Shown piece after piece: positions 23,800 to 37,649 of a stretch of DNA of 64,000 bases. Numbering within the stretch: the first letter of the stretch is position 1; the number at the start of each line of letters is the position of its first letter. The stretch spans positions 17,042,770 through 17,106,769 of the forward strand of contig NC_057718.1 in the NCBI RefSeq assembly GCF_004010195.1. The letters run 5' to 3'. The position numbers and the translations under genes are program-made. The notes under the pieces were generated by a model that saw only the letters and a list, made by a program, of their open reading frames with translations, had not been told where the DNA came from and searched no databases. This DNA is from Chiloscyllium plagiosum (Eukaryota).

Positions 23800-25540
23800 C
23801 TTTCAAGATTTAATAAAAAAGCTTTGTAATGCACTTTACAGACATTAGGACAAGTGATTCAAAACTAGGTCAAAGAAATGAGTTTTAAGGAGAACTTTGG
23901 GTTGGAATGGTTTCATACATGATGCCTATGTGGTTGAAAGCAGGAGCACCAACTGGGCAAAAGGAGGACATGTGCAAATGTTCTGAGGAATAAATAATGA
24001 TTGGGTGAGTCATAGGGCTGAGGGAGGTTACAGAGTTAGGGAGAGGCCAGACCATAGAGAGATTTTAACTTGGAGACATTGGAGGGCCAGTCAGTGTAGG
24101 TCAGGGGGAACTGAGAGAGGGTGGGTAACTGGAACGTGATGTGAAACAGAAAAGAAGCAGCAAAGTTACAGGTTGTTGAGGATGCAACTATGAGAGTAGA
24201 GAATACTGTCAATGGCAGGGATGATGGTTTGGGAAGCAGAGATGGTGGTGATACACAAATAGAAACAGTTGATTTTTGTTATTGACAGGTTATGTGGTTC
24301 GAACTTCAGCTGAGGTCAAACTGAATATTGGAACTGGGAACAATCTTGTTCGGCTGAGGATATTAGTGGAGTTATTGGCAAGGACTTGGAGGGTTGTGAC
24401 ACAAGCTGAAACTAATGGAGCAGCTCAAAAACAGGAAAGCTAAATCCAAGACTAAATGTTGGATAAAGAGTGCCACAGCACAGAGCAATGGAGTGAGGGA
24501 GAAAGAGGAGAGGTAGCATTTGATGTTGTCAATATGAAAGTGAAGATTGACCTAGTGCTTGGAAATAATATCATCAAGGGAGAGCATGTAAATGAAGGGG
24601 AGGAGTATATTCATGAGGGTGTCAGTGATGGGAAAGATAGAAATGCTGGACACTGGCTACAATCAGGTAAAGGCAATGGTAGTCCCACTGAACCAGATAA
24701 GAGGCACTGTGTCAGATAATGTAATTAATTATAACAAAGGTTGCAAGGCATTTGAGAAGAAAAAGGAGGGATACTCCAATCCATTTGAATGGTCACAGGA
24801 AATGTTTTGTAACTTTGGTTTGGACCATTGAGCACCACTGCAAAGGTGAGAAGCAGAAACTGATCAGAGGGATTCAGACAGATGATTCAGAAGAGATGGT
24901 GTACACCTTGAAGACCACATGTTGGAGAGCAGGAAGAAGTTGGAGATGTTGGTACAAGGCTTTGTTTCTGAAGCAGTGAGGAACTGGACAGAGGCTTTGA
25001 AATGGAAGGGGCAGTACTTGAGAGGGAACCATTTATAGTGGGCCATGGGCCAAGAAGGAAAATTAAATGATCATAAGACATTGGAGCAGAGGTAGTTCAT
25101 TTGGATCATCACGTCTGCTGTGCCATTCAATGAGATGATGACTGATCTAATAACCCTCCATTTTCCTGCCTTTTCCCTATAACCCTTGACTCCATTTATG
25201 ATTAAAAACCTGTCTATATCTGCCTTAAATTCTGTTTACTCAGGAAGTCAGTAGGAATGAATTTGAGGGAGTAGAAAGAAGGTTTTCTAGATGAGATGAG
25301 CTCAAGAAGAGAGATGAGAGAGACTAAGAAGAAGGTAGAGACTGCAAGCTAATGTTAAGGGGCCAGAGAGTGATTTGGAATAGTGGATAAAAGGAAAAGG
25401 CGGAAGTAGTGAAGACAGCTGGGGGAAATATGAAATCTATATTGATGCTGTTGCAGAAGTCCATGAGTGCATCCTAATTATTGTTGAATGTATAGGGTGC
25501 AAGGGGAGGAGAGGCGTTTAAGAATGTGTTTAAATTAAAT
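23800..25540 (-). mobile_element. Ancient, highly decayed L2-like LINE
   Basis: Purine-rich plus strand with faint antisense RT-like remnants; family call tentative. Confidence 0.45.
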
Positions 25541-25798
25541 CTGTTATGATCCCATTAGCGATCAAAGACTTTAAAGATAACAGATTTCCCAAATGTGTAA
25601 ATAACTAAAATACTAGATTTCATGTTGTAAGGCTTGTGAAACACAAAGTAAAAAACACTTAGGTCAAATATTGGAGGAGCAAATGCAAATGCTGGAATTT
25701 GTACTGAAAACAATAAAATGCTGGAGATCAGTGGATCAGACAGCATCTATGGAGACAGCAAGATAATGTTTTGAATCTAAATTACTCTTCATCTTGTG

Positions 25799-26091
25799 TG
25801 CAGCACGATGGCACAGTGGTTAGCACTGCCGCTTCACAGCGCCAGAGACCTGAGTTCAATTCCCACTTCAGCCGACTGACTGTGTGAGTCGGCTGAAGTG
25901 GACTCACTGTGTGGAGTTTGCACATTCTCCCTGTGTCTGTGTGGGTTTCCTCCCACAGTCCAAATATGTGCAGGTTAGGTGAATTGACCATGTTAAATTA
26001 CCTGTAGTGGCAGGGGTAAATGTAGGGTTGTGGGTCAGTGTGGATTTGTTGGGCTAAAGGGCCTGTTTCCACACTAAGTAATTTAATCTAA
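25799..26091 (+). mobile_element. HE1 SINE
   Basis: Typical head, body and tail. Confidence 0.85.
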
Positions 26092-28479
26092 ATACAGAAC
26101 TGATGTTAAGCATAGTATTATTAGTTATAATATTTAACAGGCAACTGACATATCAAAGTAAAAAAAGGATACTTTTGCACTTGTTAATTAACTCAGTTGA
26201 GATACATCTTGCAACTTCTACCACTGTGCGTTGTACTTCTGGCAGAATGTCACATTATAAGAGTAGTTTTCAGTGTTACTTCTATCTCTTCAGCTCTCCC
26301 TGCTCCACTAGGTCAAAACTACAGGTGTACTTTGAGAGCTTCAGTCTGAGATTTCCCAATCTCACTACCACCAGCTAAGTCCACCTCGGCAAATCTTTGT
26401 TCCTTAAATCTCTCAAAGTCTATCTTTTCTCTCCACTTCCTATCAAACAGTGAGTACAGGGGTCCTACTTCTCCACAACAGCAACTACTTTGATCCTGCA
26501 CACTGTACTAATTGCTTTCCCTCTCTCTGTCTCACAGAGCAACTTTACTGTAAGTTACTGCATACAGATGTGAACACTGTCACTTAATTTAAACAGGTTT
26601 CAGTTTGAGTTTCACTCCATGGCAACCAGACACTATGGGTCTGCTTCTGAGCTGCGATGCTTCAGTCCCCAATTAAACCTTTTATTAATGGAGACATTTT
26701 CAATCATAGACATCTTGTGAAGTCTAGTGGTCATAACAAAAGAAGCAGTATCACTACTTGAAACTGAAATCTATAAGCTTTGTTTATTGGCCGGTTCAGG
26801 TGCTGACCAATACGTCTGAATAAAGAAGTTGCTCTTTCAGAGATTTCAGACTGAACACAAACATATCTTGTTAATTAGACGCATTAATGTATTAACATTC
26901 TGCGAACATCCAATCCCAGTTTATGGGATACGATCCATGAGCTTTGCTAAGCAGTGATGCGTATCGACCATATTTGACTTGACCACTTATTTTAGAGAGC
27001 TGCATGAAGCCTAGTTTATGTAGCAGTGCAGCCAAATGTTATAGGCACACTCTTGCAGAGTGGTCCTGTTATAAATCCAGTACTCCAAAAGTTAATGATA
27101 GAGACATGAGTTCATGTCACATCATGAGACTTTGGGGATTTAAATTCAATCAATTAAAAGAAAGCTACATTTAGTAATGGTGATGGTAAAATACTAAATT
27201 TTTGTGAAAACAGAACTAATTCACTTTAGGCCATTTAGAACTTAGCACCAGACCCACAGCAATTTAATTGAATCTTACATGCTCTCTGAACTATCCTAAC
27301 AAGCTATTCAGTTGTGTCAGACTGTTACAAATAAAACATAGATTCCTGGGATCAACCCAGATACCAGACTTGACTCGGCTCAGGCAAACCCAGTTGAGTC
27401 CTCTTGGAGAGATATCCCACAGATCTGGTCAAGCAGCAGTCAGTGGGATATTTCCTGGACTCCTCCATCTATGGAATTTGCTACCCAAAGTGCAGTGGAT
27501 GCTGGGACAGTGAGTACATTTAAGGAGGAATTAGACCAATTTTTAATCGATAATGGGTAAAAGTCAGGAAATTGGGGGTGAGGAGCATATCAGCCATGAT
27601 TGAATGGCGGAGCAGATTCGATGGGCTGAATGGCCTAATTCTATTCCTATTCTTATGAACCATCACTGTCTCTTCTATCTGGTGGGACAGGATAGATCTG
27701 CCAGAATGCTGGGATAGAGGGATACATTCGAGAGCTTGCCCCTGTAGTTTCTTGACGTCGAATTTAGACCTTATGACTCGCATAGCATTGAGTCAAACAA
27801 GGACATAGAAGCCTCCTGCTGCTTAACACGTGCTGCCCTCTCTCAGTTGATGAATCCCCCCCAGGTTGAACACCACTTTGAAAAAGCTCAAAGTAACAAG
27901 GGCACAGAATGTATTTTGGGTGTAGCACTTTAATGCTCATCACCAAGAATGGCTTGGTAGCACCACTACTGACTGAGCTGCTCAGATCATGAAAGAAATG
28001 GCGATAGACTAGGCTTGTGGTTCGTGGTGACCAGATATGAAAGAAGAAAACAACAGCTTAGATTTATATAGTGCCTTTTAACATGGTGTGCATTCCAAAG
28101 CATTTAACAAGAGCGACAGCAATAAAAAAAAGTCCTGTGTGATTTTTGACATTGAGCCATAGAAGAAATCACAAAAGAAGTAGGCTTTAAGGAGCATCTT
28201 ATAAGGAGAGGGATTTAGAGAGGTTTAGATTTGGAATTCTACAATCTATAAGCAAGACAGCTGAAAGCAAAGGGAGGGGAGATGAAAATCAGGAATATTT
28301 TGGAGGCCGTCATCAGAAATGCAGAGATTACAAAAGCTTGCAGGGCGTGTGGTGGCTAGGTCATGCTGAGAGTCGACATTGAGACTGAAGATTTTAAACT
28401 TGAGGTGTTGTCAGATGGTGAACTACTGTAGTCCAGCAAGCACAGAAGTTGGGAGTAAAATTTGGAGCCAGCTGTCATA

Positions 28480-29545
28480 CAAACATGAGTCAGGAACAAG
28501 CGTAGGCCATTCAGCCCCTTGAGCCTGTGCTGTCATTCGAACAGATCATTGCTGATCTGTCTGTAACCTCCAATCCACATTCTCACCTATCCTGATAACC
28601 TTTCACCCCTTACATAGAAGAATCTATCTACCTTCACCTAAAAAATGTTTATGAACTCTGCTTCCACCAATGTTTCAGGAACAAAGTTCCAAAGGCTCTC
28701 ATCCCTCAGAGAAAACAAAATTGCCTAATCTCTGTTTTAAATGGGGAATCCCTGTCTTAAAACAGTAGCACCTCGTTGTAGATCTCCTGCAGGAGGAGAC
28801 ATCCTCCCCATAGTCATCCTGTCAAGGTCTCTCCAGATGGTACATGTTTCAATCAATTTGCCTCTTACACTTTGAAACTCCAATAGATACGAGCCAAGCC
28901 TGTCCCACCTTTCCTCAATAGACAACCACTCCCTTTCCAGGTATTTGCCAAGTAAACCTTCTCTGAACTGCTTTTAATGCACTTGTTGCCTTTCTCTGAT
29001 ATGGATAAGTGTTTTTAAATGAACACGAGTTTATCTAAGGCGGAAATTGGGAAGCCAGATGTGAGTTTATTAAAGCAGTCATGTCTAGAGGTTGTAGAGT
29101 TATGAAGGAGAGTTTCAGCAGAAGGTGAGCTTTGGGAAGGTCAGAGACAAGTGATTCTCATCATTGTTAAGACCATATGACCATAAGCAAAAAAGAACAG
29201 GAGTAGGCAGTTTGGCCCCTCATGGCTGATTTGTGTCCATTTTCCTGCCTTTTTTCTGTAGCCCTCAATTTCACTACTGATCAAGAATCTATGTCAGCCT
29301 TAAATATATTAAAGACTCTGACCCCACGGCTCTCTGGCTTGAGATCGAAAGACTCCCAACTCTCTAAGAATAAATTCCTCCTCGTCTCAGTCTTGAATTG
29401 GTGCTCGTTAATTCTGCGATTTGTCCTTTCATCCTAGACTGTCCCATGCAAGAAACATCCACTCAGCACTTTCTCCGTCAAGCCTCTTAAGAATCCTATA
29501 TGTCTCAATGAGATCATCTCTCGTTCTTTTAAACTCCAGTGATCA
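28480..29545 (-). mobile_element. Two old CR1 3' fragments (~28480-28990 and ~29170-29545)
   Basis: gtaggccattcagcccc 3' ends; antisense RGKLIET-like remnant. Confidence 0.65.
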
Positions 29546-30417
29546 TTATCATTTGGGCTCTGCATGAAGGCAAGTCTTGTGCTGATGCTTCATTCTGAGC
29601 TGTTTTACTCAACAGTTATTTATTTTTTAAGTGGTGGTTGTTAATGTCTTCCACTGTCTAGTAGTGCAAGGTCCGTCTCAAGTCCACCTTAGCCAAAACA
29701 GGTGTTGGACTGGTCCTGTTGGCATTGTTCTGAACCACATGCTAACTATCGAGCCAACTAAGTTAATCATCCCATCCCTGCCTCCAATAATACAGACATG
29801 AGAAGGGTTGGGCAGTCTTGTTGATGTTGTGGAAATGTGGTCATGAACTCAACCTAAGGACAAACAGAGCACTCAGATTGAAAGTGATCTGACTCAGTTA
29901 GGTGGGCAGGGAATGGAGTTTCAGGGGAAGCTGGATATTCCTGGTCGGGTTGTCATCCTGATGCTAGTTTTGATTCCAGGTCAAATTCCAAAATGGCCAA
30001 CGTCTTCCCAGAGGCAGGCAGTCGCTTCCTAGGTTCCCATCTAATGGAGCCTAGGAAGTGGGACCACCAATGGAAGATGTCAGTGCAATGTCTGGGTGCC
30101 AGCCTTACTGGCACAGATCGGTACTACTTGAGATGGGCATGAGATCATGAGGCTTAGAGGCAGGCGCTGTATCCCACTGGGCTCCCCTGTGGCTGCCCAA
30201 TGGCTCCAGGTTAGCTAGTGTTTAGTAGGAGGAAATGTCTGCTCCTTTAAGTGAAACGCCTTGGTCCAAAATGTATCTGTCTATAAATATAACTAGAACA
30301 AACATCTGAAGAGCAGCTGTTCCCCTCTGCTCACTATTACCTCTAGAGTTGCCAAAATTCTAACGTTAGCCCTCTCCTACATCCCATCTCGCTCTTGTTC
30401 TCTCTCACTCTCTCATA

Positions 30418-30423
<6 letters not shown>

Positions 30424-30453
<30 letters not shown>
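30424..30453. repeat. (TA)n microsatellite
   Basis: Direct reading. Confidence 0.95.
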
Positions 30454-30457
<4 letters not shown>

Positions 30458-30749
30458 GCAATCGTCAGCTGTTTCATCCAGGACCTTGCTTCCATAACGT
30501 CAGACAAGGGGATGGTCAGAATTCCATTTCTAGTTCCTCAGATAATGAAACAGTTCATACTCATAAGCATCAAGAACTGGGCAACATTGCGGCATTTGTG
30601 CCAGATATTGACCATTGCTGACAAGAGAGAATCCAACCAGCAACCCTTGATATTCAACTACATCCCCATCACCAACCTCCATCATTATCATCATTCTGGG
30701 TGTTACATTGACTTAGAAAGAACTGGACCAGACCCACAAATATCTGAGC

Positions 30750-30965
30750 GACAGTGTTCCCTGTGTGTATGTGGAGTGAACTGCCACAGGACATGGTAGA
30801 TGCAGATACAGTTACAACATTTAAAAGACATTTTAACAGGTGCATGAATAGGAAAGATTTAGCGGATGTGGACCAAATGGAATTTAGTTTAGATTGGGAA
30901 ACCTGGGTTGGTGTGGACGAGTTGGACCGAAGGGTTTTTTTTCCCTGCTGTATGACTCTATATGA
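30750..30965 (+). mobile_element. CR1 3' fragment
   Basis: WSELPQDMVDADTVTTFKRH; ggaccgaaggg 3' end. Confidence 0.8.
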
Positions 30966-31233
30966 TACTGGTTTCAGGAGAGAAACTATCCATACCTGGG
31001 CTGGTATGGTTGACACTCCAGACCATATGAATAGGATTTCCTGTTAAGTGGCCTGGCAAACCCCTCGGTTGTAGCAAAACTGTTAGAATTATAGAAGGCT
31101 ACTAACTTCTCAGAATAATTAGGAATGAGGAAAGAATGCTAGCCTTGCCATCTCAGGAAGAATTTGGTTGAAAAAGCCTCAATACAAGAAATCCAAGACC
31201 CATAGTAAGCTTTCATTCCTGTCTCTGGTGAAA

Positions 31234-31551
31234 TAGATTAGATTAGATTAGATTACAGTGTGGAAACAGGCCCTTCGACCCAACAAGTCCACACCGACCC
31301 GCCGAAGCGCAACCCACCCATACCCCTATATTTACCCCTTTACCTAACACTACGGGCAATTTAGTATGGCCAATTCACCTGACCTGCACATCTTTGGACT
31401 GTGGGAGGAAACCGGAGCACCCGGAGGAAACCCACGCAGACACGGGGAGAACGTGCAAACTCCACACAGTCAGTCGCCTGAGGCGGGAATTGAACCCGGG
31501 TCTCTGGCGCTGTGAGGCAGCAGTACTAACCACTGGGCCACCGTGCCGCCC
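31234..31551 (-). mobile_element. HE1 SINE, full length, young-looking
   Basis: Intact Pol III A-box and B-box (GGTTCAATTCC), CpGs retained, (TAATC)n tail. Confidence 0.92.
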
Positions 31552-31595
31552 ACCACAGATACATTTTGGAAATAAGTGAACTGAAATATAGACCA

Positions 31596-31805
31596 GGTAA
31601 AAACAATGACTGCAGATGCTGGAAACCAGATTCTGGATTAGTGGTGCTGGAAGAGCACAGCAGTTCAGGCAGCATCCAAGGAGCTTCGAAATCGACGTTT
31701 CGGGCATAAGCCCTTCATCAGGAATAAGGGCTTTTGCCCGAAACGTCGATTTCGAAGCTCCTTGGATGCTGCCTGAACTGCTGTGCTCTTCCAGCACCAC
31801 TAATC
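31596..31805. mobile_element. Palindromic mini PLE (inverted pLTR arms ~80 bp)
   Basis: 15-bp TSD CTGAAATATAGACCA (31581-31595 / 31806-31820); arms ~31635-31715 and ~31727-31806 near-perfectly complementary. Confidence 0.85.
31690..31725 (-). ncRNA. Minimal type I hammerhead ribozyme motif (PLE family A)
   Basis: attc-CUGAUGA-a-gggc-uuau-gccc-GAAA-C-GUC-gauu; canonical core with palindromic ACGU in place of stem III; activity untested. Confidence 0.75.
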
Positions 31806-32929
31806 CTGAAATATAGACCAAGCAACTAACCTGGGACTTCTATTCAGCACAAGACTCCCCCAAGCGATGTGTCATTGTGGAGCCCTGCAATGTTTTTATT
31901 TTGAGTTTAATTTGCTCTGTGATATTTTTGGCACACTGATTAATATATTTGTGATTAAATTTTTCTCTAAGCTATCTTAACAAAGTGTGACAGTGCATTT
32001 AAAATAAATAGGTTCATGACTGTAGTAAAATAACACATTAACTAGTGTTAAGGTTCCATCTCATAGAAGAACATAACTCCTAAAAGGGAAAATTTCACTC
32101 TGTACCAGTTACAGGGAAATAATAAATGCATCCGTTGTAAATAGATGTCTACTTCTTCATTGCAAATCATGACCAATGGAATACTTCACTCAAAGTATGT
32201 ATCGTGGGCGTTCCACTAAATGATAGTCCTCTGTGTTACATTGAGTTTCTATTTCTCGGATTGAGTTTCTATGTAACTATGTAAAATAGTTTTGACATCT
32301 CCAGTCTTAATGTTGGGAAGAACTAAGCAGGTGAAAACATACCTGATTTCAAGAAGTGGTGAGAGTGGGTGATAAATGACATGAAAGAAAACATCAAAAT
32401 TCACCTTGTAAGATTCAACAGGAGTGATTCACTTGTCACATGCATCACTTTGAGAATTATTTTGCCTGGAAGAAAGCAAGTCTTCATATTTGTATGTTCT
32501 GTTTCAATTAATGAACACCAAAAGATCCCTGGGGTGGCCTAAACCATCCATTTATGCTGCAGTTGTTGGCCATTGGAAGAATATCAATGTGTTTGTAAAG
32601 TGTACAACAGTTTATTTGAATTCAAAGATACTTCTAAACTCCATTACACTTAAGAAGTCATTCTTGAGGTTTTGTGAACACAACCCACTCTTCAAAAGCA
32701 ACATCAGAATGTGTTGTCTATTGTGGAATTACCCAATTGTTTGCAAAAGTATTTGTTCTCCTTCGTTTTTCTTTCCTGAAGCGGCAGAAAGCATTGTTGA
32801 AATGATTAATAATGGAAAAAGGCTGATCTGAAACAGATTTAACAGTTTGCAAACCACCTCTCTCATAAAACCACTATTGAACAGTTGGCATCTGTCTCTT
32901 GGAGAATCATAAGGACATTTATCAGTATT

Positions 32930-33300
32930 TGAGAAAAGATGCTTGCTGTTGAAGCTTTTCAATCAGCACTCATCAGGACAAATGCAAGAATGCCAAATTT
33001 CAAAGTGAATACTGTTTATCCAGCATGAGAAAAGGATGCTGATTAATTGGCAAATTGACGAAGTGGTCAAAATGTTGCCCTAAAGAATGCACAAAGGAAC
33101 TGTTATCTCCCATGCTTTTGTTGATTTCAAGAAAAGTATAATGTTTCTTGAGGATAAATATTAGTAACTTCCAGGAAGTTTTGATCAGTCAGCATCCTTT
33201 TGGTAGACAGTGTAAATTGTTACTCTTGATTTTGAAACTTGGTATTCTTGCATCTGTTCTGATTAATGAAAGATGACGAGCTGCAACATCATGTCTCTAT
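32930..33300. mobile_element. Old foldback element with ~130-bp degenerate inverted arms and hammerhead-like motif
   Basis: caaatgcaagaatgccaaatttcaaa pairs with tttgaaacttggtattcttgcatctg; aaaaggatgctgat pairs with gtcagcatcctttt. Confidence 0.55.
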
Positions 33301-34789
33301 TTAGGAATGATCACTGAGTGAGGTAATTAATGTTTGCAGTCATCAGTGTTTCTTGAATTTTCTTCATGAGTGCATAAGCAAGAGGATTAGAGTTCAGAAA
33401 AAGGAAACAAAATTGTTAAATTGACGTGTAGAAGTATTAAAAGGCTTCAAATATTTGTGAGCTTAACGTAAGATGTACATTTCATATGTTAACAAATTTT
33501 TAGTTTTTGATATGTTTATGTTGCCAGTTGACTTTAAATAATTTTACGTTTATGTAAGTACTGTACAGTGGTGCACAGTAACAGATAGACGATATGTTTA
33601 GAAGGCATATCACAAGATAGCATGGGTGGGACATTACAGGGCAATGAATGAATGGCTGAGGAGACTGTGCTGACTTGCTACACAGAAGGAATATCAACAT
33701 TTTCTCATTCAAAGGGTAGTAAAAATATGTTGTATAGCAATCCCCCAATCCAGCCAAAGGATATGACATTTACATGAGGGTATTATGGAACAAAAGCAGG
33801 TGAATTGAGATGAAGTACACAACAACCATTATTTAAATGAATGGCAGGTTGCCCAAGGGCATGATTGGGTTTTCATGGTCTTCAAGTTCTTATGTAGAAG
33901 TTAGATTGGATCCATAGAAATCAAAAAAGTGATGCTTTTTTCAATTTATTTTTCACCTTTCTCAAAAACATGCTGGATATGATTCCACAGATTCCAGCAA
34001 TCGTCCATTACCTCAGTCAGTGATTGCTCTTAAAATAGAACAACTCTCCCAACATGTAGCAAAGATTTCAATGATGGAAATTTCAGCTTTATTAAGCAGC
34101 TGTGATTTCCTGCCATATACCCCGTGTGGACCTCCAAGTGGTGGAACTGTAGACTAGCCCCGAAATAAATGATAGCCTATATATATGAGCCAGGGGGATG
34201 CATTACTGCTTTAGCCTGTCCGACCATATACATGCTTTTTTCCCAGTTATCCCTGTGTGTTAGTGAGTGGTAAGACCACCGGTTGATTTCTTTTTTCCCC
34301 TCCTTACCCCTCCCACTGCCCCATCCCTGTCCTTGAGATTGCAAGGTCAGTTGTATGATCTCTACTGTAGCTTGGGTTGATATCAGTACAAACTGAAATT
34401 GAACTTGGGACCCTACCTTTATAATGTGCTAGTTCTAACACTGGCTCCCTGAACCACCATTTTGTGCTGGAAGACTCTTTGAGATTGTGTTCCAAAGGTT
34501 TGCTGTGTTGCAGATGAAACATTTTAACTGCAGAAGGTAGAGTATTTAGTTCATGAGCTTAATACTCCATATCTTCACAAATTTGTTATAAGCCACCATT
34601 AAAAACTTAGTTGGTTTTAAGTTAATCACCTCAGTAAAATGATTATGCCTTTTCCAACCTTCAAAAGTACAGAATTGAACCAAGATGTAGTCTGTTTTTC
34701 CGTGTTATATAAATGAACAGTCTGGAATGGGATTGTATCTTTGACATTAAATATGAAACCTCCTTGGAAAACCAAGACTAAATAAAGGC

Positions 34790-34975
34790 AACAAAAACAA
34801 ATTGCTGGAAAAGCTCAGCAGGTACGGCAGCATCTGTGAAGAGAAAACAGATTGTGTTTCAGAACTGAGGAAGGCTCACTGGATCCGAAATCTGATTTCT
34901 CTGCACAGATGCTGCCAGACCTGCTGAGCTTTTCCAACAATTTCTGTTTTTGTTTCTGATAAATGGCATCCAGGG
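34790..34975. mobile_element. Older palindromic PLE pLTR remnant (similar ones at ~20160-20335 and ~41612-41820)
   Basis: aattgctggaaaagctcagcagg pairs with cctgctgagcttttccaacaatt; central CTGAGGA...GAAA remnant. Confidence 0.65.
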
Positions 34976-35686
34976 GTTCTTATAGGCTTTACTGCATTAA
35001 GGCAACGTGGAAGTTAATGGCAGAATCTTGTAGGGGGCCTGAGTAACATTGGCTGTGAAGAGATTTATGTTAAAAATAGAGAAATCTTAACATCAGGAAT
35101 ATCTTGCTGCATTTCTTATGTTTTTGATGAGCAGCGTGGCTAGTTACTCATCAGTTTTAATTTTCCTCTTGTCTGCCATGTTCAAAGCTAATGTCAGGAA
35201 TTGTGCAGGGCAGCTCTGGACTGAAGGTGCTTATCTAAGTGCATGACGGACTTCTAAGGATGAAAAGAACGTGTGGGTCTTTTGGTGGAAAATCTGCTGA
35301 GTTATGAGTTTCTGCAGGAATACTATAGTACGAAGGGCTAGAATTGGGCATAGGGCATGGGGTAGGTGGTTAATGAGGTGCATTTGGCAAGATACGGCGA
35401 GAAATCCCACTGAGCATGAAAATCCTTTGCAAAAAACTCCACACAACTGGCACGTGGCCAAAAAATATTTGATTCAGCCCAATAGTTTTTGAATCACTTT
35501 GGCTTATTTAAGCATGTACTTTCCTTCAGGAGATCATAATGGGTGTGGTAAATTTGCACACGAGCCAAGCGGCTGACCTCTGCCATTCTTTGCTTCCTTA
35601 TCTTCTTCCAACTGAAGTTAATAGTTGAAAAAAATCCATCGAACTGAACCAATACTCATGCGAATGCTTTGTTTTCACCACTTTAG

Positions 35687-35829
35687 TCGCAGCAGAAGTG
35701 CATCGTGGGTTTTGCCCTTGTGTGCTGTTTCGCTATCTCTGTCGCTCTGATATTTTCAGCTGTGGATATTCCAGGCAGCGGCAATGACATGGAAGACATT
35801 ACCGAGGACAACTGCAATAGGAATTGTCG
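35687..35829 (+). CDS. PLD5: PLD5-like exon 2, transmembrane segment
   Basis: tttAG acceptor; SQQKCIVGFALVCCFAISVALIFSAVDIPGSGNDMEDITEDNCNRNC(R) closely matches the PLD5 TM region (SQQKCIVIFALVCCFAILVALIFSAVDI); 143 nt; GTAAG donor, phase 2. Confidence 0.95.
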
Positions 35830-37222
35830 GTAAGAATGAGTTTACTTGAGATAGGCTCATTGATATCTTGCCCTCTAATTATTCTCCTCTTTCCTCACCC
35901 CCAACACCAGAGTCACAATATGTAGATACATCTGGGTTTGGCCCCAGACATTTTGGCAGTCGTCCAAATGGTACACTTTCATGAATGGGAATCTAGCAAC
36001 CTGACTTGGAAATGTTCCTACTGTGGCACTCGGTCAGAATCTAGGAATCTAGGAACTCCCTCCCTGTTGGCATTGTGGGCATACCTAAACCAAATGGACT
36101 GCAGTGGTTCAAGAAGGCAGCTCATTACCACCTTTTAAGGGCAACTAGGGATGGGCAATGAATGCTGGCCTAGCCAGCGAAGCTCATTTCCTTTTGAATG
36201 AGTTTAAAAAAAACTTGACAAGTATTACAGTCGAGCCTGTCCCTCTGCTCTGTGGGCCAGGATTCGGGCTGGGGAGAGATGGTGGTCATAAACGAGCCAC
36301 TGTACATTATTCTCAATCGTCAGACTCATGCAAGTTCAGACCAATTAAAGCCCAACTGATGCAGCCATAATTGAAGGATGATAAAACAGCATGGGCCAGA
36401 AGGTTTCCGGCCAAGTGGCTCAGTATCACACTGGGCAGGAAAGTGTAGCCTCAGAGCCAGCTGTGTGTTCCTTCCTTTCTCCTGTGCGATTGATGCAGGT
36501 TCGGTTTGTATTGAACTCTTGCCAACTGTCCATAACCTCTTTGAACAGCTGGGATGTGCCAGCAAGGTTTCGTGATGAAATGTTTCCCTGTGTTTGCTGA
36601 CCTGTTTTGATTCTATGGATTTTTTTTTAAAAACTTTGCTTGTTGAATGTCAACAGTAGCATTCAATGAGTTGCTAAAGCACCCTTGTTCTGTAACAGAT
36701 CAGATACTCCAGGTACACTGGTCTGGATAGAACAGGCTGCTTGACATTGTGAAAAATGGGACATGATAGATAGAAGTATGCAGGGCTTAATGTTATGCTG
36801 TGGCAAGGGGCACATTCACCTGTTGGAATCCAGTTGTAATCCCACTTTATCCATTTCTGGGAGCCCTGATGGGACTACTGGTCTGATAGGTAGGTAGTTG
36901 CCCCATCACAGAGTCACTTCTCACAGTTGGTGCTTTGCTAGGGGATCAGTTGTTTGTCTGTATTGGTATTGTAACAGGCCGATCAAAAATCTGTCTATCT
37001 CTGGTTTAAAGTTATTGCTGGAGCTAGGGGATATAGTACTTCTGTGGAAGGGAATTTCACACCTTGTGTATTGCCTTTGTACATTCCAGGTAATACAAGT
37101 CTCCTTTATGAAAGTTAACAAGAAGTGGACAGGGCGGGAGTGCTGTCTAAGTTGACATTTGGAGCAGAGCTCACGACAGAACACCTCAGTGGCTTGCCTT
37201 GACATTAGCAGTTGTAATCATT

Positions 37223-37557
37223 AGAATCATAGAATCCCTATAGTGTGGAAACAGGCCCTTTGGCCCATCAAGTCCACACCGACCCTCCAAAGAGTAACCC
37301 ACCCAGATCCATTTTCCTACCCCTATTGTCCTATATTTACCCCTGACTAATGCACCTAGCCTATACCTCTGTAAACACTATGGGCCATTTAGCTTGGCCA
37401 ATTCATCTAACCTGCACATCTTTGGATGGTAGGAGGAAACCAGAGCACCCAGAGAAAACTCACACAGACACTGGGACAGTCACCCAAGGCTGGAATCGAA
37501 CCCGAGTCCCTGGTACTGTGATGCAGCAGTGCTAACCATTGAGCCACCGTGCCACCC
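37223..37557 (-). mobile_element. HE1 SINE
   Basis: Typical head, body and tail. Confidence 0.85.
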
Positions 37558-37649
37558 ATTAATTCAGACGTGTTCATCCTAATTGGCCTCTGTGGAACTG
37601 TGGGAGTCATTAGGCTTCAGTAAATGTTGACTGACAGTCTAACCCCATT

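Noticed and set aside
31480..31551. tRNA gene
   Set aside because: The A/B boxes belong to the HE1 SINE head; the tRNA-Pro-like text at 14655-14680 is a PBS.
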